From Entomortierella parvispora E1425 (Eukaryota; Fungi; Mortierellomycota), in NCBI GenBank assembly GCA_020891255.1, contig BQFW01000008.1, forward strand, positions 1,426,001 through 1,490,000: a DNA stretch of 64,000 bases. The letters run 5' to 3'. This document shows, piece after piece, positions 38,410 through 51,139 of this stretch (positions are counted from its first letter, which is position 1; every line of letters begins with the position of its first letter). The translations under genes were made by a program, and so were the position numbers. The notes beneath the pieces were generated by a model. The model was not told the origin of the DNA and did no database searches. It saw only the letters and a program-made list of their open reading frames with translations.

Positions 38410-39659
38410 CTATCCACAGCTGGGCTCGACAATGCTTGCCATCGCCGCTTGAGAATCGCTCCCAGAGCTAAACAAAATCTGTGAGTCGTCCATCAGAGCC
38501 TCGTAGGATCCCTCATCATATTGCAGCCTTGGTACCTTGGGCTTTTCTGCCCGAATCTTCAGCACCTTTTCCTTTGCTTCCTTTGCTGACTTTGAGTTTT
38601 TACCACCAGAACTCTGAGAGGACTTGGCGATAAAGGTGGGCGATTCGCCCATACGAAGCAAAGGGTTCATGGCAAATGCACCTCCGCGACCTCCATGTTT
38701 GTTACCGCCGCTGATACTCGTCGACTTTGCCAGATCGAATAAACTCGTAGGCTCCGGGACTGAATCATCTTCCTCTTCCTCTGGTACGACCTGAGCTGCA
38801 GCCTCCACGACGACGCGACGGTTCACTACATCGATGGTCATGACCTTGGCCCGCTGGTATCCGCTTGCTGCTGCCGTGACTTTGTCCAGATTCTGACGCG
38901 CCTTTTCGGATTGATGTTGACGTTCTTCCTCTGTAAGCCAGAGATTTGGTCGATCTCCCGGAAGGACAAAATCCGTGGCCTGATCAATCACATGGGACCG
39001 ACGCGCACTGGTCCGGTCATACTCCAGCAACTTTTCCTTGTGGGCCTGCGCCAGGGAGGCCTTCATGGCTTCCTGTAGTTCTTCTTCCTCGGTCATTCGA
39101 CCATCCAAAGTAGGTGTTCCCCCATTCAATTCAACCCATCCACCAGCCGATCCTGTGGCGGAAGTCATACCTCCGCCGAGTTTGCTGGCGTATCCTGCTG
39201 TGCTCACGACGGCAGCCTTGTTCTTCCTTGTGGCCGTCGCCATAGCCTGCTGTTTTGCCAAGGCAGCCTTCTCCCGTTTCAACTCCAGCACCATGGCCTG
39301 TTGTTGATCTACAGAGACGACAGGCTTGCCACAGTAGGTACAGGGCCCTGGGCCTTCCAGTGCACAAATGATTTTTCCACAGTTTAGACAGTTGGGTGCA
39401 AAGACGTTCAGCTTGTGCTTGGTGGCTATTTCGTCAATGGATCGGAAAAGAATCAGTATGCATTTTTCAGAGAGAGCGATCCGGGATACTTGGTCTCCCT
39501 GCTGTCTTTGCTATTACCAAGACAGTAGCATGGCTTGCGCTCCTTTGCAGCATTGGCAGACTCTGTGGCTAGATCGATGGCGCGGATGGCCTTTTCGAGT
39601 TCAGAGAGAGGCTCTGCTGCGGCCTTTTTGGCTTGCTTTCTTGTTCGGTTGTTGGACAT
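38410..39659 (-). CDS. TRIP4: C2HC5 zinc-finger protein, TRIP4/ASC-1/Rqt4 homolog, 385 aa, 2 exons
   Basis: CYCL|ATKHKLNVFAPNCLNCGKIICALEGPGPCTYCG; KEKLLEYDRTSARRSHVIDQATDF; KVMTIDV. Confidence 0.88.
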
Positions 39660-40062
39660 TGAAGGCGAGAAAGAGAGGCGAATGGGGATGAAACGAAGGC
39701 TGGCAATTAAAGGACGAAGAATGGACTCTAGAAAGAGATGACGAGAAGAGATCCAGAGAGGGGATGAGAAAGAGAAGAAGGTATAAGAGCGAGAATAAGA
39801 AGAAGGATGGAGCCAATGGAGATGAATTCACTCTTTCGGCCACAACCGAGGTTGCTGCGGGGAGGTGGCTTTGCGCGTGTGTGCTCAGCCTCGTCGACTC
39901 AGATTCGCTTTCTGCCTTCATGCCTTCATACCCTCATTCCTTCACTCAACTCACCACGCGCTTTCTCTTTACTTTCTTTTTTTCTTTCTTATCTTCCTTC
40001 CTCACTGCAATTGCAAGAATAACTCGCCACTCTTCCTATCCTGGGAACAACTTTCATCCGCT

Positions 40063-42000
<1,938 letters not shown>

Positions 42001-42123
42001 CAATGTTCAAAAGAGAATCGAATGAAAGGTCATATTATACATATTTTTATACTACAGAATAAAAAAAAAAGTGAGAGAGGCAAAGAAAAGGGAAGAGCAA
42101 AATCAAAGGTAGGCCGCGATTGT

Positions 42124-42486
42124 TTAGCGCAGATCGTCATCACCGTCACTTCCTCCAATATCAATGTCCTCGTCACTATCCACCTCTTCGTCCGCAGCGG
42201 AGGTCTTGTTGGCTCCAGTAGCCTTGACTGTGGCCGAACCCTTCTTGCCACCCGTCAAGGGCGGAAGTCCAGCTCGGAGACGACGCTGTCGTTCAACCTC
42301 TTCTCCATCGCTTTCGGAATCGGCGGCAGTACCCGAAGACCGCTGGCTGTTGGTTCTACCGGGCACCGACCGAGGTGCAGTCTTGCCCCCGCGCATCGAA
42401 GGTCTCTGAAGAGCACCCTGCGCCTGCTGTTGCGACTGCTGCTGCTGCTGCTGTTGTTGTTGCTTTTGCAATTGCTGCTGAATCAA

Positions 42487-42519
<33 letters not shown>

Positions 42520-45500
42520 TTGCTGTTGTTGAAGAAGCTGCTGCTTCAAGAGCTGCTGCTGTTGCTGATGTTGCTGCAACTGCTGCTGGATCTGCTGCTG
42601 TTGCAAAAGAACTTGCTGCTGCTGCTGAAGCTGTTGCTGCTGTTGCTGCTGAAGTGTGGGCGTCCTCTGACCGGAGGCCTGTCCCACAGCACCGGCTTGG
42701 CCACTGCTGTTGCCTTGTTTCAAAAAGTTCTTCTCGGCCTCTTCCAGCTGTTGTGCTCGGAGGAGCTTCATCTTTTGACGGACTCCCTCTACATCATCAT
42801 CCGACTCTGTGTCGTCGTCCGAATCCTGGTAGTCCTTGACGGGGATCACGCTTTGACCGGGCACAGCCGAAACAGTCTCGTTGAGCATGGGCAGAATGGG
42901 TCTGCCAGTATGGGGCTCAACCCTGGGCAGGAACCCTCCTTGGAGTGGCCGGATCTGGGGCCCAGCGCTGAGCGGACCGCCAGGGTTGGCCTGCCCCAAG
43001 GAATGAAGCAAATTAGCTCCAGTGTTCAGAGTCGAAGGCGTCAACGAGGACACGGGGACAGAGGCGGGCAGGGTGGCAGTGGCAGTGGCAGTCGTAACCG
43101 CCGCAGCAGCAGAGGCTGCAGTAGCGGACGTGGCTGCGGAGGAGGCCTGGGCCACAGCGGATGCAGTAGCCGTTGCATTTGCAGCATTCGATCCTGACTG
43201 GCTACTCTCCACCTGATTGCCATTCAACATTAACATGCTGTTGAGGGTCGACTGGCCAGTGGCCTGGCCCTGCTGGGCCATAAGCTGTTGCAAGTGGCTC
43301 GATCCTGTGTTGGCCATCATGCCTCGAGAGAGCTGATGATTAAGAATGCCTGCTCGAGAGAGACTCGCGGTGGGGGGCGAGGTCGAGGAACGAAGGGCAG
43401 ACAACGAGATGGTCTTCATACGCGAAGCAGCCGCATGTTGACTCATGAGGGCTGAAGCCGTTACGGTGACAACACTTGGGGTCACCTTTTGATTAGGGAT
43501 CGGCAAGGGTGATGGGAAGTAGGTATCCAAGTTGTCGTTCAAAAACGGTCCAAGCTTGTGGTGCAATGAACAGGTGGCAGCCAGAGCTCGTGCACGAGCA
43601 AGGGGGATCCAGGTACCAAACAACTGTGAGCCCGGCTTACGAACACGAACACGTCCAAGCTCCAAACTCAATACGATGCTTCGCTCCTGCTCAGTTTCGA
43701 CTCCACCAGCAAGCAACAATGTCGTGGCATTCACATAGCCATTGTCGGCCCGACGCAGCAATCGATACTCTGCGCCTGGGTTGACCAATTTCGTGGTATA
43801 AAGGGCGACGTTATCAATCACCGTCAGATGAATGTTGGGCACGACAGGGTTCGTGGTAGGGATCCAGAGTTGATCGGCCGCAGGTTCCCGAGCGCCATTC
43901 TGAGCAACTGTTCCATCAGATGCAGAGTTTTGAGCAGCGTTTCCTGAACCACCAGCAGAGATTCCGCCTCCAGACGAAGACGTGGAACCATCGCCAGAGG
44001 CCATATCCATGTCGTGATCTGATGACCTCTTTGGTTTCTCTTCGAGCTCTTCAAAGTTGACAAAGGGGGTGGTGTCATCGTCCGCCGCATGAGACTTGCG
44101 TCTACTATCGATAATAGAGCTGGCGGCAGACTCGGCCTTGAGAGAGGTTGTCGACTGTGATTGAGCCGCGGCCCGCTGCTGTTGTAAAGCAGCCTGCTGG
44201 AGCTTTTTCTGCTTCATTGCCTTCTTCTTTTCAGCAGAATGTCTGGAAGATCCGCGAGATTCGTCTAGTAAAATTCCAAAAGAGTGAATATACAGCTCAA
44301 GAACATCCTCATCGTACAGAAACAAGGATTGGATACGTACTGGGGTTGGGGACATGCATAGGATTGTCCTGCAACATTTGAGCAATCCCTGGCAGCAAAT
44401 CGAGCCTATATTCATGGCAAAGCTCTCTGGCTCTAGCCAATCCAACCCTACAGATTAGAACAAATAAGAAGTGTCAATGGTCATTATTACAGCCAAGGGC
44501 ATATACAAAAAGGTGGCAATTAAACCAGTCCTTACCAAGCTCCTCGAACTTCCATTGGACCCTCCAGAACAATGTAGAGGGTAGTGGGCTCTTGGTTGAT
44601 ATCAAATTGACCATCTCCAATGATGGTTCTTGCGGCCAATCTCAGCATGGCAGCATTCACGAATCCCGCATGCTGGTCGTTATTCAGAGCAGGAATGACC
44701 TTTTTCTGGATCACAACGCCCCGGCCGTTCATATTGGGATTAGGAGGCGCGACCACACCCGCCACACGCATCAGCCTCAAGTCCGTGCCCGGCATGATGG
44801 TCTCGTACACCTGCAAGTTTGCATATACAGAGACTCGGACAAGTGACTTTGGAGGCTCCGCTGGGGGCTTTGGTGGAGCGTCGTCGTCGTCATCCTCCAG
44901 CTCTGATTCCGTCTCGTCATCTTGATCCACACCCTGCGGTGCCTCCATGTCCACATCCTTGTCAGCCCCCGTAGCAGTAACTGGGCTATCAGCACTTTGA
45001 ACAACGACAACGGGTGTCGTAGAAGAAGTAGCTGGGGTTTCTGGCTTGGGCTGTGATGAGGGTGAACCTGTTTCTGGTACAGCTGGCTTTTGCTGCGCTG
45101 CTGCATTTGCAGAAGTCGCGGCTGGGACAGTGTCTGCACTCGGTTTCGCTTCGGGGGTCTTTAGCGCTGCAGTATTGGCAGCCAGTGGGTGAGGTGCAGC
45201 TCCTGGGGTCGAATTGAAGCTGACTGACTTTGAAGATGGTGACGATGCTCCAGCGGAGGCGAAAACGCCACCAGTCGAGGCATGAAGAAGAGGGGACGTG
45301 GCTGCGTTTTGAAGGATTCCATTGGCCGTATTCCGAAGATTTGATTGACGATGGGGTGTGTGTCCGATATGCTTGGCATTGATGTTGCCCCAGCCCGAGA
45401 TCGAGACCTTGCGCGAGAGACTTGGGAAGAAGGAACCACCACCAGAGGAACTCAACAGGCGATCCAACTCCGAGACGGGCATTGACTCTGGGTTGTTGAG

Positions 45501-48500
45501 CTCCATCAAGGGCACATAATGATGGTCCTTTGTAGATGACAAGTCGTTCGAGTAATCTGCAAGAAAAGTCGATCCAAATTCGGGGTCGAAAATACTGCTG
45601 GACCGGGGGGATAACAAAAGCGAATCTGGAGGCATCAAAAGACCGCTCATCGACATCTTTCTACTCCGAGGCGATATTCCCATCAAGAAGGAGCTCGAAG
45701 TGGGGGTGGAGGCGAGGTTGCTGAACGGAGACACAGGTGTACCTCCGGCGGCAAAAGAGGACGACGGTCCTGTGTTGCGGACAGAAGGGATTGGCACTGC
45801 AATGCTCTTTTGTTGTGCTGGCGTCTCAGACTTGATACTGACGACTCTCTTGTCGTCCACATCGAGGTCGTCAAAATCACCGTGCATCATCTCCTCATGA
45901 TAGTCGCTAAAGTCTTGCTCATCTTCACTAGATTCCTGCATGGCCTCTCCGAGGCCTAAAGACGAGCCAGCGGCACCCATTGTCATGGCCAGTCCCGATG
46001 CTGACTGCGAGCCAGGGTGAGGAGGAGACTTTTTAGAGTCAAACGACAAGATCTTTGTCGCATTCAAAAGTCCATGCATTCCTGCCATGGTGTTGGCAGA
46101 GCCTCCAGAGTGAGTAGGCGTTGACATGGGTGATGAGAGTGAATTTGGGGTCGAGAAATTGGAAAGTGATTTGGGAGTTGGCAGACGGGACTCTTTTTGC
46201 ATATCCGGCATATGCAGATCCATTAAAACCAGATCGTCCTTGCCAAAAACATCATCGTCATCATCCAGATCTTCGTCCTCGTCCAGACTCTCATCGTCAC
46301 CTTCCTCTGACTCTGAGTACTCCTGATTGTTGGCAGGTCTCCACTTCGAAGGATGGATACTCGTGGGCGTTGTTGCCTTGAAACTACCAATCAGCACATG
46401 CTTTGACTTGAATCGCTTCACAGTCGGTCTGTTGGTAGGAAAGACCTTTTGCTTCTTGCGTTTGCGCATCACACTCCTGGACTTGTGCAGCATCGTATCA
46501 GAGTTTAGCTGTTGCTGCTGCTGATAAAGTTGATGCTGTCGCCTACGCTTCTGTTTCCGTTCAGACGAGTCGCCCGACATATCTCCGTCGTCATCGTCAT
46601 CATCATCGTCGTCGTCATCGTCGTCGTCCATTCCGCGGCTTCGTCTATCATCATCATCGTCATCTTCGTCCTCGTCCTCGTCCTCAGAGCCCATGCTGGA
46701 AAACCCAGAGGAGGAATCCAGGTCGGTCGAGGTGACGGCACTTGGGTTCTTGACAATGTGATTTTTGGCGAGATAATAATGGATTTTCCGCGAGTGACGC
46801 TCGTCGACGGCCTTGGCAAGGATGGGCGTTCTTGGGGGTTTGTGTTCTGATGCTCGCTTGAAATGTTGGGATATCCTCGACGACACGGTGGCATAGGGCG
46901 TCGCTCCACTGCAAGGTACAAAGACAAAGAGAGAGATACATTGATGCACACGAGCGGTTAGTGTATTGTACTCCCAGTGAGCGAGAAACCAGAACGAGAG
47001 CCTGGGGATCAAAGAGAAAACGGCAAAGGCAGCAATGACAAAGAGCGTCAACGCCAGACGCAATGTGGCGGGGGATGAAAAGAAGCACAAAGCCAGCAAG
47101 GGCTCCAACCCGGTCGACCGCCGAGAGCGACCCAGAGCTACAGCAGCAAGGTCAGAAAGCGAAAAGAAGCAAAAAGAAGCACCGAAACAGGCCGCCAAAC
47201 CCTATCGGTTGCCATGCACTCGCGGGCCCTCGTGGCAAATCAAAAAAATCAGAGACAGGGTCGGGACACCAAAGGTACCCAAACTCTTTTTTTTTTTCTT
47301 TTTTTTTTTTTTCCTCTCTTCTTTCTTGCTTTGGCCTGTCTGATCCCACTCTCTACAGCCCGTCCCTGCTCTGTTCTCTGGAGGACTGGCTGGGCTGACT
47401 ATCCAGGCACTCGATTCTCCTCTTTGCAATAAGATGTCCCTCTATCTGCCAGAAATTGCCGCTGTGGATAGGGACCCCTTCCGTAGAGCCGGGTAAATGT
47501 CACCACGATACTTGGCTCTGGGTGGACACACTGCGGATTTCACTCTCTATCTCTCTCTTTCTCTCTCTCTCTCTCTTCCTCCCCTTCTCTCGCTCATTAA
47601 ACCACCCTCGCGCAGTCGGTCACACGATGAGCGCGCATCGGAAGAACCACGTTGGGACAGATACCACGGCACCCTGAATTACACATGCAACAGGACCAAA
47701 AGTGAAAAAGGGTCCAAAAAGACAGATGCTCGCCAAGCATGCCGACAGATATGAACGATGACTGTATCCCCTAAAAGCAAAGGGCTACCAAACAGGTATT
47801 TTCTGTAGTGGAAGGAAAGTAGTGACGGACAAGAACCACCAGAAACGAAGATTCAGACCAGGGAGAGACAAGAAACCACTGACGACACCCTGATTGACTG
47901 ACTGAGTAGACTGACCACGAATAATAAAATACAGAGAGTGGATGACAGCCAAGCGCAGCTTGAAATCCAGATTAAGACAAAAAAGACATTCCCCGTGTGA
48001 GTGTTGGGTGGATCCCAACTCTAGGTCCCAAAGTTGATCGACAGAGAGTTGAGCGAAAGATAAATGCCACAGAAAGATAAAAGAATAAAAGAATAAAAAA
48101 GACCCGAAAGATGTGGTACGCTCCAAGCGGAAAAGTGATAGGAGAAGCTGATCATTCGGATAGAGACTCCAGAGCGGATGTCTCGATCTGATTCTGCTCT
48201 GGATAAAGATCGGTCGTGCATACGTCTGCGCCCCAAAAGCAGATCAACGTTGGGAACAAATGGTGGCGAGCGACGGATGCTGCGGGTTGTCAGGTGAAAA
48301 GGGGAGAAGAGCTAGCAGTGCTAGATCAGCACAGCCGTGGCCACAGCACCGTCCGTTGGAGAATAGCACCCCGGAATGAACTGCTCCCAAGCGAGCAACG
48401 AAGAACCCTGTGCAGATCCAGAGGAAGGACGGGGGGAAAGAACACAGTATCCACCCGAGAGAGGAAATAAGGGAAAGGTGCAGATCAAGTCCGTAAAAAG

Positions 48501-48922
48501 TGCTCCTGACAGATGGTTCGGTTTATCACCATTTGATACAATCCCTGGAAAGAGAGGGGAAGGGAGGCGCAGGTGGAGGGCAAAAGAGACAACTTCTCGA
48601 TAACTTACCCTAGCATGGTATACTTGTTCTTCATGATGCAATTGGCCAACTCCTTTGGCGACGAAGGCTTGTTACGGAGGTAAAGTAGGGCCTTGAGGAT
48701 TGCAGCAAAGACTTTGTCCTTGCTGTCGTCCGGGTGGATGTCCTTGAGTGCATACTTCAGTGGGGCCTTGCTCGAGGCCGGAAGTTCGTCCTCGTACTGG
48801 GTGGCATTGGAGAGAGTCGTGGTGGCGTGATGAGAGTGATGGTGATGGCCATTGGTACCATGGCCAATGCCAGTCGATATTGAGTGCCTGCTGCTGGACT
48901 GTGGTTGTGTCGGCATGGGCAT
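42124..48922 (-). CDS. 1644-aa putative nuclear regulator: GDS1/HARE-HTH-like winged helix, acidic/Ser-rich region, two KilA-N/APSES domains, polyQ
   Basis: Exons 48922-48609, 46908-44536, 44447-44341 and 44264-42124 total 4935 nt with matching phases. WH: DKVFAAILKAL..SPKELANCIM..LG|GATPYATVSSRISQHFKR. KilA-N 2: LLRRADNGYVNATTLL..GTWIPLARARALA. KilA-N 1: LMRV..FVNAAML..RGAW|VGLARARELC. Confidence 0.85.
42425..42650 (-). repeat. CAG/CAA polyglutamine-coding tract in the KilA-N gene
   Basis: Long interrupted Q runs near the C-terminus. Confidence 0.9.
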
Positions 48923-49839
48923 GTCTCTCTTTTTGCTTTAGTTTTTTTTTTTTTTACTCTGTCGATAGTTCGTCCTCTCCTGTGATGCTGGAGGCTCGTT
49001 GGCTGTGTCTTTTAGATAGAGAGTGTGTGTGTGCAAAGACAGGAGTGACACAGGGAGTTCAAGATGGAAGGGTGGGGGGGTCGTGAATGGGGCTCGAATG
49101 AGCTTTTGGGGATGTGGAGACAGGGATGGACAGCGGAGCAAAGGAAGAGAAAGGAGATAGTGAGTGACGAAGGGAGAAGAAAGTGTGAGGGAGGGAGAGT
49201 GAATGAGAGACAGAGAGAGAAAGAGGTGAGAGTGGGAGAGTGAGCAAAAAGAGAAAGAAAAAAAAATTCGGCCGTTGAAAAAAAAAATATTTTTTTTCCT
49301 GTGGGAGAAGGAAACCACCAGAAGAGGGCACTGGAGGGATGAATGAATGAATGGTGAAGATGATGATGACGGACTGGCGGAGGAATGTAGAAGGAAATAA
49401 AAAAAAAAAAGAAGAGAGGGAGATGGGGTGGGACAAAGAAAGACTGCACTGGAGACGGAAGGGACCGACAAAAGCACACTTCAAGAGACTCTGTCCGTTG
49501 ATGAAGGCAGACCGCGTTGGATCACCCCCCCTCTCTCTCCCTCTTTGTGAGTGAGTGTGGAGTGAGAAAAGAGAACAATGATGTGTCGCTGCGCCGATCT
49601 GGGTTCCGAGAGTCTCTATTGTGCCGATAGAGGTGGATGATCAGGGGGGTCTCTTTCTCGGTCATGTTTGCTACCGGCCTGGCGGCACAAGAGACGGGAA
49701 GTCCTCTTTGTCGTCGGCAGCCCCTCTTGCCCTTTGCCCCTCGTCCTTTTTTCTTGGAGCAAGTCATCCAGTCAAAAGTAGGTGGGATGGGATTGGGTTG
49801 TCTCGCACCTCGCTCGCAGTGAGCGATCAACACGCACAT

Positions 49840-49945
49840 CACAGCGCAAACACCCACCCACACACACACACACAAACCAAACACCCACCCACCCACACAC
49901 ACACACAAACCAACCAACACAAAACAACACAACACGCACACACAA
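49840..49945. repeat. Compound CA/CCCA/CAAA microsatellite with an internal ~30-bp duplication
   Basis: AACACCCACCC(ACCC)ACACACACACACAAACCA occurs twice in near-tandem. Confidence 0.8.
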
Positions 49946-50097
49946 ACGACAGGGGTGGGGAATCGCAAAAGGAAGGAGGGATGGGTGAACGAGACAATGA
50001 TGAGCTTGGCCAAAGGGATAGGAAGAATGGGTGTGAATAAGTGTGGGCAAAGGAAGAAATGATCAGGCCTTCGTGATATCTTCTCGCACGCCATGGG

Positions 50098-50165
50098 TAC
50101 ACCTCATAGATCTTCAGAGACTCATCCAAGTGCTGTTTGGAGCCTCTGAAGATCTATGAGCTGTA
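50098..50165. other. Inverted repeat/hairpin, 68 nt, with a perfect 17-bp core; candidate structured RNA element
   Basis: CTCATAGATCTTCAGAG (50103-50119) is the exact reverse complement of CTCTGAAGATCTATGAG (50144-50160); extra pairing TACA/TGTA outside and TCCAA/TTGGA inside. Confidence 0.85.
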
Positions 50166-51139
50166 AGACGATTCTTCCTCAACTAGAGTCAAGATTGATG
50201 TTCCAGGAGTCCGAGCACAAAGCCTTGACGGGATCGCAGGCAGACAACGCGAGATACAAATGACGGGCACAAGATGCGTTGCAGCGCGTCCTCCATCGAT
50301 TGTGCTCTCGTTTTTAGGATTACATACACAATTATTTATTGGTGGCGTAGTGGCGCAAGCAAGGACCCCCATCTGGGTTCATCATCATCTGAAGTGAGAG
50401 CCGGATGAAATGGAATGATGCGAGCAGAGGTTGCAAGCAGAGGTCGAAGGTAAACCTCTGACAATAGCACGGAGCAGAACGAGACCAGGTTGGACCGGTT
50501 GTGTGAGAGGGGGAGTGGGAGGATGGAAAAGGAGACAAAGGGGACGAAGCGCCCGCACAGCCAGACAGCGCCCTGTCGCCAATGAAAATGTAGTCAGAAA
50601 TGAAATATGTCGAGGGCACAGGGCAACCATGGCGGGACAGACGGAACGGAGACACGGAGAAAGAGACGGTCAGTCCCCTTCCCTCCTTCCTCTGTCTCTC
50701 TCTGCTTGTCTATCGCTCGGTCGCTCGGTCGGTCTGCTCTGTTCTGCCTGTCTGCTCTGTTTGTCTACTTGCCTTTGCCGCGGACACACTGGGTGGCCTT
50801 TCACAGCCTTTTGCTTGTGCCAATGGGTGCCCTGTGGGCAAGCAAACTCAAGGAGAAATGAATGGACGGACGGAGGAGACAGCCAGACCGATAGGGAGTG
50901 AGCCCGCCTTTCTTCCTTTCACTTCCTTTGCACGTTTCTTTCCCTCCTCTTGTTCTTCCTGCCTCTGTCTTCCTTCCTTCCCTCCTTCCTACCTCGTCAT
51001 CTCCACCCTTCATCTCCATCTCTTCATCCGTACACTCTCACTCTTGCTGTCTGTCCCATCCTCTCTTCCCCCTCTCCATCTCTTCCATCTCCCTCTCAGC
51101 TTTGTCTTTACTCCTCCATCCACTCACACGCGCCCAGTC

